Assembly: GCA_000004695.1 (NCBI GenBank) | Contig: CM000155.2 | Span: forward strand, 1,920,001 to 1,984,000 | Source: Dictyostelium discoideum | Lineage: Eukaryota | Reading direction: 5' to 3' | DNA: 64,000 bases | In this document: positions 1-15,537 of the stretch, in pieces | Numbering within the stretch: position 1 is the first letter of the stretch | How the letters are laid out: every line of letters starts with the position of its first letter | The notes under the pieces: model-generated | Database searches by the model: none | What the model was told of the DNA's origin: nothing | The model's input: the letters and a program-made list of their open reading frames with translations, nothing else | Made by a program: the position numbers and the translations under genes

Positions 1-391
1 GAGATTTAATGGCTGCATTAAAATCTGGTGTTATCCTTTGCAAGTAAGTAAATTAATTTAATAAAATTATGAAAATAAAAATAAAAATAAACTAATCAAA
101 ACTTTTTTTTTTCATTTTTTTTTTTTTATTTTTTTTAAATATAGATTAGGTAACAAGATTGCCCCAGGATCATGTAAATCATCACCATCATCAGCACCAT
201 TCGTTCAAATGGAAAACGTTAATAACTTTTTAAATCTCTGTAAAAAACAAGGTGTTGCAACTACTGATCTTTTCATGACTGTTGATTTATATGAAGGAAA
301 GAACCCAAATCAAGTTATTCAAGGTCTTCAAGCACTCAAAAGAATAACTTCAGGTGGTGGTAAACCAACTACAACTGCTAAATCAGCGTAA
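1..391 (+). CDS. 3' portion of a calponin-homology (CH) domain protein. Exons are 1..43 and 145..391, the intron is 44..144, and the stop is at 389..391. The 5' end is outside the window.
   Basis: Translation is ...DLMAALKSGVILCK|LGNKIAPGSCKSS...ENVNNFLNLCKKQGVATTDLFMTVDLYEGKNPNQVIQGLQALKRI. It matches the calponin/transgelin CH-domain consensus (GIILCEFINKLQPGSVKK...LFQTVDLYE..QV...L.AL). The GTAAGT donor at 44 and the ATAG acceptor at 141..144 restore the frame (split codon AA|A). Confidence 0.5.
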
Positions 392-673
392 ATTATCAAC
401 ATTTAAAAAAAAAAAAAACCATCATTTATTTATTACTATCCATCATTATTTTTTTTAATTTATTCAACAACATCAAACTACATATCCATATAATATTATA
501 TAATTATTTCAAATTTATCCATCATTCCGCTCTTTCAAATTCCCACTACACCTATACCTATACCTATATATCTCTATATATATTTAACAAAAACCACACA
601 CTCCCCCATCAAAGTATTTATTTTCCAAAAATAAGAAATAAAGAACTAACCTAATAATCATAATTTTTTATAG

Positions 674-794
674 TCCAACACCATCTACTATTTTTGAAAC
701 AACCTCAAAGAATACTACAAGTTTTTGTTCACAATGCGGTACCAAAGCCGTCAGTGGGGCTCGTTTCTGTGGTAGTTGCGGTACTGCCATTTAA
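674..794 (+). CDS. Orphan exon-like segment encoding a C4 zinc ribbon (CSQCGTKAVSGARFCGSCGTAI*), preceded by a TTTTTTATAG acceptor. The parent gene is unresolved.
   Basis: This is a locally GC-rich, open frame with a CxxC-x9-CxxC motif and an in-frame TAA at 792..794. It has no in-frame ATG. Its phase is incompatible with every GT donor in the upstream CH-domain exon. Confidence 0.25.
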
Positions 795-875
795 ATAATA
801 ATTTATAATAAAAAAAAAAAAATAAAAAAAAAGAAATAAAAACAAAAAATAGTAATATTTAAATATGTACAATCG

Positions 876-911
<36 letters not shown>

Positions 912-979
912 AAACTTGTCTTTAATAATTAGATTATTTTTATGGTTTTTATTTTATTTTATTTGGTTTTATTTTATTT

Positions 980-2703
980 TTATAATTTTGGAGTAATATG
1001 AGACATATCAATTGCAACACCAGTTGAATTTTCATTTAAAACTAAAGGTAAAACTTGACATTTCTTCCAATTCATCCAAGAGTTTTTAATTTCATCTTGA
1101 TTAGTGATAACGATAGCGAATAAAGCATCGAAACCACCAGCACCAGGTACACCAGCAGCAATACAACCATTGATTGACATTGTATGATCAGCCAATTCAG
1201 TTTGTTCAATTGGTTCCAATGGTACATCAGCAATTTTACCCATTTCTCTCATTAATGATCTTATCTTTAAAAATGATTCTCTAATTGTAATTAAAGTTTT
1301 ACCAATATTATTATAAATTAATGAATCTTCATTATTATCATTGTCATTATTATTATTATTATTATTATTTTGAATTGATGATTCCCAATTTGATTGTGAT
1401 AAATTACCGAATTGATTTAAAACTTTATCATATTGTGACTGATTTTCTTTACTTAATTGATTCAATTTAATGAAACAATGTTTAACATTTGTATTTTCAA
1501 TATCCAATTGATTCCAAATTGCATTTGCAAGGGTTGGATCATTCTTTCTCCATTCTAATATCTTTTTAACCATTACTGGTGTATTTGAACCAATACTAAC
1601 ATCTGCTAATAATAAATGTAATCCTCTTGGTAATCCCATATCTAAATGTTTATTATCCCATTCAGTTTCTGAAATACATTTTAATAATTCTTTTGAATTT
1701 GGATATAATTTTGAATCATACTTTTTTTCCAAATATTAGTAAAACTATAAATTAAAAGGAATAAAAAAGAAATAAATGAAGTAAAAACATACTAATTTTA
1801 AGATATCATTAATTAATTCAGGTGAAAATCTTCTATAAACTTGACTACCAAAAACAGCAGAACTAATATCGAAACCACTACCAATTTTACCTTGAGCAAT
1901 ACAATGTGCAACTTGTGCTAAATTATGTAATACAGTTTTATCTTTTTGATTCTCTAAATCGATTGCACCAAAGAATGATAATAAAGATGCTGTTAAACTA
2001 CTAACTAATGCTGCTGATGATCCTAATCCTGTTTTTTGTAATTCTTCAAGTGATCCTATAACTGGTAAGAATTTTGGTAATGATTTCAATGATTCAAATG
2101 AAATACTTAAATTTCTATTTTTTAACTTTTAATAACAATAATAAAATATTAATATATATATATATTTATTATTTTTTATTATTATTTATTTTTTTTTAAA
2201 AAAAAACAACTTACTTGAGGAATTTGAGAATAAAAACCATTATCACCAACGATTGTAATTGAAATTAATTGATAAGAAGAAATTAATTTATTAAAAGATT
2301 CAGTAGTTTGATTTTTATATTCTGATAAGGTTATGAGTGAATAAATGATTGTATTTTCAACATATTTGTTCTCTCTATAGTTTTCATTTCCAAATGGTTT
2401 CAATTGATAGGATTTATTTTCATTACTCTTATTATAATAGATATGATAGGTTTGGCTTGAATGAAATTGTGGTGAAATTACATTTATATCTGTAAGATAT
2501 TCTAATGTTTCAAAACTTGATGTTAAAGTTTCTTTATTATTTGATGGTGATGATGATGATGATTCTGGTTTTAATGAACCTTCAATTGTTGTGTAAAATC
2601 TTGAATCAATTGTAAAAACAATACCGTCATATTTTTTATCCAATACTAAGTATCCACCTGTTACTAAAACTTTACCTGGTGCTGAACAAACAACTCTTTC
2701 CAT
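980..2703 (-). CDS. Phosphomevalonate kinase (ERG8-type GHMP kinase). Exons are 2703..2215, 2125..1793 and 1720..980.
   Basis: The N-terminus [22 protein letters not shown] matches yeast ERG8 (SAPGKALLAGGYLVLD). The middle matches [19 protein letters not shown]...[34 protein letters not shown]. The C-terminus [15 protein letters not shown] is the GHMP C-terminal motif. Donors are GTAAGT (2214..2209) and GTATGT (1792..1787). The acceptors end in A-rich ...AAAAG, so exon 2 and 3 starts were chosen by frame continuity. Confidence 0.8.
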
Positions 2704-2757
2704 AGTTTAATTTATAATTTTATCTTTTTTTTTGAAAATAAAAATAATGTTCATCAG

Positions 2758-2800
<43 letters not shown>

Positions 2801-3246
2801 TGAAAATTTGAAAAAAAAAAAAAAGTAATAATCTATTAATAGTTAATATTTTTGAAAATAATTTTTTTTTTTTTTTCAACGAACATTATTTTATTTTTAG
2901 GGGGGGTATCCTTTTTTTTTTTTTTTTTTTTTATATTAATTTTTAATATTATTTTATTAAATTTTTTTTTTAATTTTTTTTTTTTTTCAATAAAGATATC
3001 TTTTACTTAAGAAAAAAAAAAAATTAAAAATATCTTTTTTCTTTTATAGTATTAAAATATCTTTTTTTATTAAACATTGGAAATCATTTTTTTAAAAAAT
3101 ATACCCAAGATCAAAAAAAAAAATATAAATTAAAAAAAATAATTTTTTTTTAATTTATTTTTTTTTTTTTTTTGGAAATTGGTTTTTTCCTTTTTTTTTT
3201 TTTTTTTTTTTGCTTTTCTCATTTTTTAAATAAATAAATACAAATA

Positions 3247-6739
<3,493 letters not shown>

Positions 6740-7197
6740 AATAAAATAATAAAAAAAAATATATATTGTTTTAACAACTATGAACCTTCATAAATAACAA
6801 AAAATTTCATAGAATTCATATCACTCAGATACTTATTTTTGAAACTTTTTTTTTTTTTTTAACTTTTACACGAGGCCAAGGTAGCTCTATATTCAACACC
6901 AATTTCTATTCATACAATATTTTAAACTATTGATTTTTATATTTTGTTCATTGTATTTATCAGTTTTATTTTTGTCACTACCCACAACCTTCTTAATTCC
7001 TTTTTTAATTTTTCTTTTTTTATTTAACAATTTTAAAATAATTTTTTTAAAATGATTACCATTTTCAATAGTTGTCCAAATTCATCTTGGTTTCAAACTA
7101 TAATTGAAACAATTTCATCTTGTATTTCCATGGTTAAAATCTAAAATTATATATCCTTTTTTTAATTGTATTCCTAATGTGGGAGTTCAACAGTAAG

Positions 7198-7209
7198 GAA
7201 TCGAACCAT
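7198..7209 (-). promoter_or_regulatory. External B box (exB) downstream of tRNA-Gly.
   Basis: The minus strand reads TGGTTCGATTCC, about 31-42 nt 3' of the tRNA end. It matches the Pol III B-box consensus GGTTCGANTCC. Dictyostelium tRNA genes are known to carry a duplicated external B box ~30-40 bp downstream. Confidence 0.5.
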
Positions 7210-7239
7210 TGCCCTTTTCAAGGGAGTGTGAAAAAATTG

Positions 7240-7310
7240 TGCGTATGCTGGGAATCGAACCCAGTTCGCATCCGTGGCAGGGATGCATCATACCACTAGA
7301 CCACATACGC
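7240..7310 (-). tRNA. tRNA-Gly (anticodon GCC).
   Basis: The minus strand reads GCGTATGTGGTCTAGTGGTATGATGCATCCCTGCCACGGATGCGAACTGGGTTCGATTCCCAGCATACGCA. It has a 7-bp acceptor stem, an anticodon loop CTGCCAC, a T arm CTGGG-TTCGATT-CCCAG and discriminator A. Confidence 0.85.
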
Positions 7311-7439
7311 TTTTTATGATTTTTAAATAAATTATCTAATATTTTTTTGTTAAAAAATGTATGCTAATAAACTTTGAATAGGTAACACTCACTTTTTATA
7401 ATTTTTAATTTCAATAAATTCTTATAATGGCTAGCATAT

Positions 7440-8824
7440 TTAATATTATATGAACTAACAAAATACTGATTTAAAATTGTAAATGATGATTTGGTAATAT
7501 CAGTTTTGCCCAGTTGTAATGATGTTTTACAAAATTTTAATAATTAAAGTTTATGTTAATAATCATGATATTTGCTTTTAAAATATTATTAATTGATGAT
7601 AATTCTAAATTAAGACAACACCACCTAATACTTGGTAGTACTGAACAATTCTTTTTATAAGCTGAGCGTGAATATTCCCATTCCTTTAAAAATAAATCAT
7701 TTCTTTTTAGTGACATGAATAAACGTAAATTAGATTATCATTAATGGATTCCATGTTTTTGGTAAATATTTTTTAATATTTATTTGGTATATATTTGAAT
7801 AGTTCTTCATATGTTAATTTATTATCTATTTTTAACATTATACCACCAATGGTTTTATGTAAATATCTTTCTATTTCAACTCTTAAACTAATTTCTTCTT
7901 CTTTATTATCATCCTCTTCATCTTCTTTTTCTTTTTCTTCTTTATCATTTTGAAAACCATTGTTATTATTTATTTTTGATAAAAGGGTTCTGAGGAATTC
8001 AACTGATCTATTTAAATTTTAATTTGCAGTCTTTTTAAAATTATCAATTGACATTAATTCATCAGGTAATACTTCGTCATTATATTTTGATAAATATAAT
8101 TCTAATAGTTTATATGATCGTGTCAAGACGATTAATTTTATAAACATTTTTTGAATATGATCCTCTTCATTTTGTTCCAATAATAATAATGATAATTCTG
8201 ATTGCTGATGTTCTTTTGGTTTTTGTTCTCCAAATAATTCTAAACATTTTAATAAAATTTCTAATCTATCTTGATTATTGAAATTTTCACGTTGTTTAAA
8301 TACCATTTTAATATAATATAATAGCTCATATTTAGTTTTGTAATTTATAGTAACTGCTAAATACTCTAATCTAATATTTTTATTTTGACGTTTTATAAAT
8401 TCTAAATTTTTATTTGATTGTTCTGGTTGTTCTTTTATTTTATGATTTATCATAAATACGGGATTAATGTAATACAATGTCTCTTGTTATCAAATAAATA
8501 TGGGATAGAATCAAATGAAAATTCATTATCCATTAAACTCATTGTATATGATTCAAAGTTTGTTGTTGTTGTAGTTGTTGTTTTTGTTGTATTATTATTT
8601 TTATTATTAATATTATTAAGAGTTTCAAGTAATAAATTGATAATTTCATAACCACCATTTTTATATGCAACTTTTATTATTTTTTTAATCTTTCAAAAAT
8701 TCAAAATTCCTTTTTTCAAGTACTAATTGCAATATCTCTTTATATAATTCAATGTTGATTGATCTTTGACATTTTAAGTCGTAGTTTAAACGATCTTTTG
8801 ATGTTATTTCTATTATTTGTGCTC

Positions 8825-8855
<31 letters not shown>

Positions 8856-9152
8856 GTTATTATTATTATTAGTATTATTAATTAAATATAGATTGAATAA
8901 TGACTTTAAATTAAATTTACTAATATGAACATATTCATTATTTTTTAATTTATATTTTAGTAATTGAAATTGATTATTTTTAATCATCCATTTTAAATCA
9001 TAAATATGTTTAAATTTTGTCCTATTCTCTTTACATGATATGGGTTTATAATTAATCCATTCATTATTTTCTATATGATCTAATATTTTGTAAAATAAAC
9101 ATTTATTGTGAATTACTTTCCAAAATAGTACTTCGTTATTATTGAAATCCAT
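7440..9152 (-). pseudogene. Decayed tandem paralog of the downstream gene 9551..12787. It has several internal deletions and keeps the promoter-proximal N-terminus and the C-terminal segments.
   Basis: 7440..7760 matches 9700..9990 at the nucleotide level. 7740..7990 matches 11190..11470. ORF 8019..8477 (KEQPEQSNKNLEFIKRQNK...LEILLKCLELFGEQKPKEHQQSEL) and ORF 8685..9152 (MDFNNNEVLFWKVIHNKCLFYKILDHIENNEW...) are about 85-90% identical to parts of the 1078-aa protein. About 1.3 kb of the middle is missing. An upstream promoter-like TGTGGGAAAAAAAG motif is also copied. Confidence 0.7.
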
Positions 9153-9379
9153 ATTATTATTATTATTATTATAAAAAATAATTGTGGGAAAAAAAGAAAA
9201 AAAAATTTAAAAAGTATATATTTTTTGTTAGCGAAATTTCATGTTCAACACTTTTTAAAAAATAGAATTAAATAAAATAAAATGTTGTTGAAAACAATGG
9301 TGTATATTTAAAAAAAAAAAATTTATTTTATTAAATTAAATTAAAATGATCCTGGTAATTATTCAATTTGAAATAATAT

Positions 9380-9475
9380 TCTTTACATCTGGATCGAACC
9401 GAGAGTCTTCTGATGACTAACTTGTTTAAAATGATCTGGAATAACCATTTGTATACTATATGATCCTGGTAATTT
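9380..9475 (-). other. Orphan Pol III B-box / tRNA-like fragment between the two paralogs, flanked by 13-bp direct repeats GATCCTGGTAATT.
   Basis: The minus strand contains a consensus B box GGTTCGATCC (plus 9391..9400) and a stem-loop AGTC-ATCAGAA-GACT resembling an anticodon arm. No complete cloverleaf could be folded. GATCCTGGTAATT occurs at 9349..9361 and 9462..9474. Confidence 0.3.
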
Positions 9476-9550
9476 TTAGTTTTTATTTTTCTTTTAATTC
9501 TATTTTGTACAAATAATATTTTCAAATAGTAATGAACCCATTTGATAATT

Positions 9551-12144
9551 TTAATTATTATTTTTTATATCATTGATAATAGGATCTAGTTGAATTATTA
9601 TTGAATTCCTATTTATTAAATAATCATTTTCATTATAATTTTTAATTTGATTCAATAAATTCTTATAAATGTGATCATATTTAAAACCACCCCAGGTATC
9701 AAAATACTGCTTTAAAATTGTAAATGATGATTTAATAATATCAGTTTTGCCCAATTGTAATGATGTTTTACAAAATCTTAGTATTTGAAGTGTATGTAAA
9801 CGATCATAATATTCGTGACTATAATTTTCTCCAATTACTTTTAAAATATTATTAATTGATGATAATTCTAAATTAAGACAACACCACCTAATGCTTGGTA
9901 GTACTGCACAATTTCTTTTATAAACTGAACATGAGTATTCCCATTCCTTTAAAAATAAATCATTTCTTTTTAGTGACATGAATAACTTTAAATTATTCAA
10001 ATAATCATCTTCATTTTTGACATAGAGACTTTCTTTATCTTTATATGGACGACTTATCATTGAATCCAATAAATCATTAAATGGTGATTGTTTAATGAAT
10101 CCTAATGTTATCGATTTAAGCAAACCATTATCATTATGAGATATTGATTCATAATAATCATACAATAATCTTGATCTTTTATAAATGAAAAATAATTTAA
10201 TTTCTTTTGTTTCCTTATTAATTTCTAATTGATTTTCAATTAAAAATTGATAAATTTGCTCAGTTAGTTCTTGATTTATATATCTTCTTTTATTAAAAAA
10301 TGCATGTACCAATATTTGATAATAAAATTGCAAATTTGCTTGATGGAAGGTAGTTGTAACTGTTATTACTGTTGATGGTGATGATGACGAACATTTTTGA
10401 AGATTATTACAATTTCTATTGATTTGATTATTTGTTTTAATTATTTCTTTTGATTTATTAAATTGGTTAATGAATAATATAATAAAAGATTCTGAAAATT
10501 TTTTATCTCTCCCGTCAAAATTATAATCTTTATCTTTAATTATAAAATTCTCTATTATGAATCTTGAATAATTACTATTGGATATTATATTTCCTTTTGT
10601 ACCCTCAAAGAAACCTCCAGCAGGTTGAGCATCTAAATTGGTGTTTATTTTAATTTTTGAAAGATTAAATTTCGCTTCAGGATTTAATGTGCTTGTATTA
10701 TTTCTATCACTATCATCTTCATAAAAACCATTTCTAGATATATATTCTACTAAATAATAATATTCTTCAGGAGTAACCATTTTATAATCAAAAATAAAAT
10801 TGAATAATCTATTATATTCTTGATAAATTGATTCATCTTCTTGATTTAATAATCTTTCATTTAAAGAATATGGTAAACGACGTAAATAGCAAAGTACAGA
10901 TTTAAATTGAATACCTAATGAATGAAAATATTTAATCTCTTGAATATTACATTTTATAATTGCTTTTAAAAATGGTATTCGATAATAATATTGTAAATCT
11001 TCAGTGATTGAATTTAACTCTATAAAGTGATTCGATAATTCAATAGAATCGAAATAGTAATCAATTTCAAATAACCTTAATTCTAATTTATTTAATGATG
11101 GTTCTCTCCATTCACATTGTATAACCCAATCCATTGTTTCAATATCTTTGATAATAGGGAGAGGATGATTATATCTATCGTGAAAGATTATCATTAATGG
11201 ATTCCATGTTTTTGGTAAATATTTTTTATATTTATTTGGTATATATTTGAATAGTTCTTCATATGTTAATTTATTATCTATTTTTAGCATTATACCACCA
11301 ATGGTTTCATGTAAATATTTTTCTATATCATCATCCTCTTCATCATCATCATCTTCATCATCATCTTCTTCTTCTTCTTCTTTTTCTTCTTCTTCATCTT
11401 TTTCTTTTTCTTCCTTTTCTTTTTCTTCTTTATCATTTTGAAAACCATTGATATTATTTATTTTTGATAAAAGGGTTCTAAGGAATTCAACTGATCTATT
11501 TAAATTTTCATTTGCGGTTGAGTAAATATAGAAAGAATAACGTTTTTGAGGATCGAAAGTGAAATCCATTTGTTTCAATATCGAAGGAATGTAATTTTTA
11601 AGACTATATTCAAATGCAAACTTTTTAAAATCATCAATTGACATTAATTCATCAGGTAATACTTCATCATGATATTTTGATAAATATAATTCTAATAGTT
11701 GATCTGATCGTGTTAAGATAATTAATTTTATAAGCATTTTTTGAATATGATCCTCTTCATTTTGTTCTAATAATAATAATAATTCTGATTGCTGATGTTC
11801 TTTTGGTTTTTGTTCTCCAAATAATTCTAAACATTTTAATAAAATTTCTAATCTATCTTGATTGTTAAAATTTTTACGTTCTTTAAATACCTTTTCAATA
11901 TAATCTAATAGCTTATATATAGTTTTGTAATTTATAGTAACTGCTAAATATTCAAATCTAATGTCTTTATTTTGATGTTTTATAAATTCTAAATTTTTAT
12001 TTGATTGATTTGGTTGTTCTTTTATTATATGATTTATCATAATACGGGTTAATGTAGTACGATGTCTCTTGTTACAATGTAGATATGGGATAGAATCAAA
12101 TGAAAATTCATTGTCCATTAAACGCATTGTATATGATTCAAAGT

Positions 12145-12201
<57 letters not shown>

Positions 12202-12426
12202 TTGTATTATTTTTATTATTAATATTACTTAAAGTTCCAAATAATAAATTGATAATTTCATAACTACCATTTTTATATGCAACTTCTATTATTATTTTAT
12301 CTTCCAAAAATTCACAATTCCTTTTTTCAAGTACTAGTTGCAATATCTCTTTATATAATTCAATGTTGATTGATCTTTGACATTTTAATCTATAATATTC
12401 TTTTGGTGAATCTATTATTTGTACTC

Positions 12427-12496
<70 letters not shown>

Positions 12497-12787
12497 GTTA
12501 TTATTATTATCAACTAAATATAGATTGAATAATGACTTTATATTAAATTTACTAATATGAACATATTCATTATTTTTTAATTTATATTTTAGTAATTGAA
12601 ATTGATTATTTTTAATCATCCATTTTAAATCATAAATATGTTTAAATTTTGTCCTATTCTCTTTACCTAATGATATGGGTTCATAATTAATCCATTCATT
12701 ATTTTCTATATGATCTAATATTTTGTAAAATAAATATTTATTGTGAATTACTTTCCAAAATAGTACTTCATTATTATTAATATCCAT
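9551..12787 (-). CDS. Hypothetical 1078-aa protein with poly-Asn, poly-Thr and an Asp/Glu-rich acidic stretch. No domain recognised. Parent of the upstream pseudogene.
   Basis: A single uninterrupted ORF begins with ATG (MDINNNEVLFWKVIHNKYLF...). Outside the homopolymer tracts the sequence has complex, non-repetitive composition. Confidence 0.7.
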
Positions 12788-13188
12788 ATTATTATTATTA
12801 TTATTATTATAATTAAAAAATAATGGTCGATTTTGTGGGAAAAAAAAAAAAGAAAAAAAAAAAGAAAAAAGTTGAAAAAAAAAAAGAAAAAAAAAAAGTA
12901 AAAAAAAAAGAAAAAAAAAAAAAGAAAGAAAAAAGTTGAAAAATAAACTAATAAAAGTAAAAACAAATAAACCGATTCAAACCAAATCAATTTTTTTGGT
13001 TTTTTTTTTTTTTTTTCAAATATTATTGGTATTTGTATGGTATTTGGGATTGTTGTGGTAAATATCTATTCAAGGAAAAATAAATAAAAGTTTTTTAAAT
13101 TTAAAAAAAATATAAAATTCAAAAAAACATTCACAAATTTTCCCGCCAAACCATTTTGCTGTTAAAAAAAAAAAATGGGAATCTGGAA

Positions 13189-13227
<39 letters not shown>

Positions 13228-13349
13228 TAAAAAAAAAAAAAAAATAGTGATATTTGTTATGACTTTACCCAATTCCTTAAAAATAAAAATAATAATAATA
13301 AAATAATAATAATAATAATAATAACAAACTCAATAAAAATAAAAAAAAA

Positions 13350-13488
13350 ATGTCATCATTGAGCGATTGGGAAAATACAAAAGAAAATATAGTTCCTCTT
13401 AAAACTGGTAGGGACCCAACTAAACTTGCATTATTTGCAAAACAAACAAATCAATCAGATGAAGAATTAGAAAAAGAAAAACAGTAAA

Positions 13489-13549
<61 letters not shown>

Positions 13550-14262
13550 TTATTTTTATTATAATTATTATTAACACAACTTTTTTTTTTTTTTTTTTTT
13601 TTTTCTTTAATAAAAGAAAATTTGAAATAATTATAAATGAATACCAAGGTGAAGATCCAATTGATAATTGGTTAAAATATATAAAATGGGTACAACAATC
13701 ATATCCAGGTGGTAATATGAAAGAACAATTAATTGTATTATTAGAGAGATGTACAAGATTATTTTTAAGTACAGAGAAATATAAAAATGATCCACGTTAT
13801 TTAAGAATTTGGATTACATATGCCGATATGTGTAGAGATCCAATTGAAGTATTCTCATTTTTAGAGGTACAACGTATAGGTTTCTATCTTTCATTACTCT
13901 ATGAAGCAAGAGCTATCGTCTATGAAAATAAAGGTAACTATGAACAAGCCGATAAATCATTCAAACAAGGTATAGAGAGAAAAGCTCAACCCATTGAAAG
14001 ATTACAACAAAAACATTTAGATTTCGAAAGAAGATTAATTGCAAGATTAAAACATCAACAACAACACCAACAACTTCAACAACAACAACAACAACAAAAT
14101 GATCAATTAGAACAACAACAACTTGATGAAAATGGTAATACAAAATTAACTAGATCTGCATTAGGTACAATTAGTTCATCTTCAGTTCATTCTGAAAGAA
14201 AATCTCAACAAACTAAAGGTTTACCATTAGGTAATTCTACAATTGGTAAGCTTTATTATTAC

Positions 14263-14334
<72 letters not shown>

Positions 14335-15497
14335 TATTATTATTATTATTATTATTATTTTAAAGATGAAAAATAAAAAAATAATATTAATATGATTTTA
14401 TTTAGATAAAAAGAGAAAAGTTGGAAATGATCAAAAAAATAATTTAGGATTTCAAATTTTTGATGATGAAAAAGGTGGTTCAACAACAAATGAAGTTTTA
14501 ACAGATTCTAAATTTTTTGGATCATCTCGTAAAGCAGCTGCTTTAATGGCTGCTGGTCAAACACAACAAACATCTCAAATGAAATGGGATGAATTAGAAC
14601 CTGAACTTAATAAACATAAAGAAAATACACAACTCTCTCAAAAATGGTCTGATGTAAAACTACTTCAAAAGAAACAAAAAATTACAACTGCTGGTTTTCA
14701 AATTTATTGTGATCAAGATTCTTTATCCAACAACAATAATGGTAGTAATAATAATAATAATAATAACAACAATGAGAATATACCATTATCACCTGATAAA
14801 TTAAGAGTTCATAGTTCAAAACAACAATCTAAATTAGAACAAATTCAAAATAATCCATTAGCAAACTTTCCAAAAGTATCAACATCAAACTCTTCTTCTT
14901 CTTCTTCTTCCTCTACCAATAAATCAACATCAACAACTACTGTTACCACTACTAAAAATGAAAGAGTTGGTTACAATAAACCATTATTTACAAAAGAGAA
15001 TGAAAAACATGAAATTTCATTTGAAGAATATAGAGCATCACTCTTTAAAAAGAAATTAATTGAAAAACAAGAACAACAAAATAAAAAAATTGAAAAAGAA
15101 AAAGAAGAATTAGATATTAAATTAAAACAAGAACAAAAAGAACAAAAAGAAAAAGAACAAAAAGAAAAAGAACAAAAAGAAAAAGAAGAATTAGAGATTA
15201 AATTAAAACAAGAGCAACAAGAAAAAGAATTACAATATCAGCAACATCAACAAAAACAATATCAACAAAAACAACAACAACAACAATCATATAATCCACC
15301 ATCTCCAACAATGACAATTCATACAAAACAAGCTTTTCATGATGTTATGGCAATGTTTAGTGAACCTTTAGAATTTGAAAAGAATAATAAATCAACATCA
15401 TCATCATCGTCATTGCAATTAAATAATGTTCCATCATCACCAAATCCTTTCACTGAAAGTACATTAATGAAATCAACAATCGATAATAATAAAAATG

Positions 15498-15537
<40 letters not shown>

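Noticed and set aside
7180-7240. Possible second tRNA gene just downstream of tRNA-Gly (the GGTTCGATTCC-containing segment)
   Set aside because: Only a B-box match with no acceptor, D or anticodon arms. It is better explained as the external B box.
13717-14376. 219-aa ORF ending in a long poly-Tyr tail
   Set aside because: Its first 176 codons are genuine exon 2 of the MadBub gene. The tail is read-through into intron 2, the (TAT)n microsatellite after donor G|GTAAGC at 14246.
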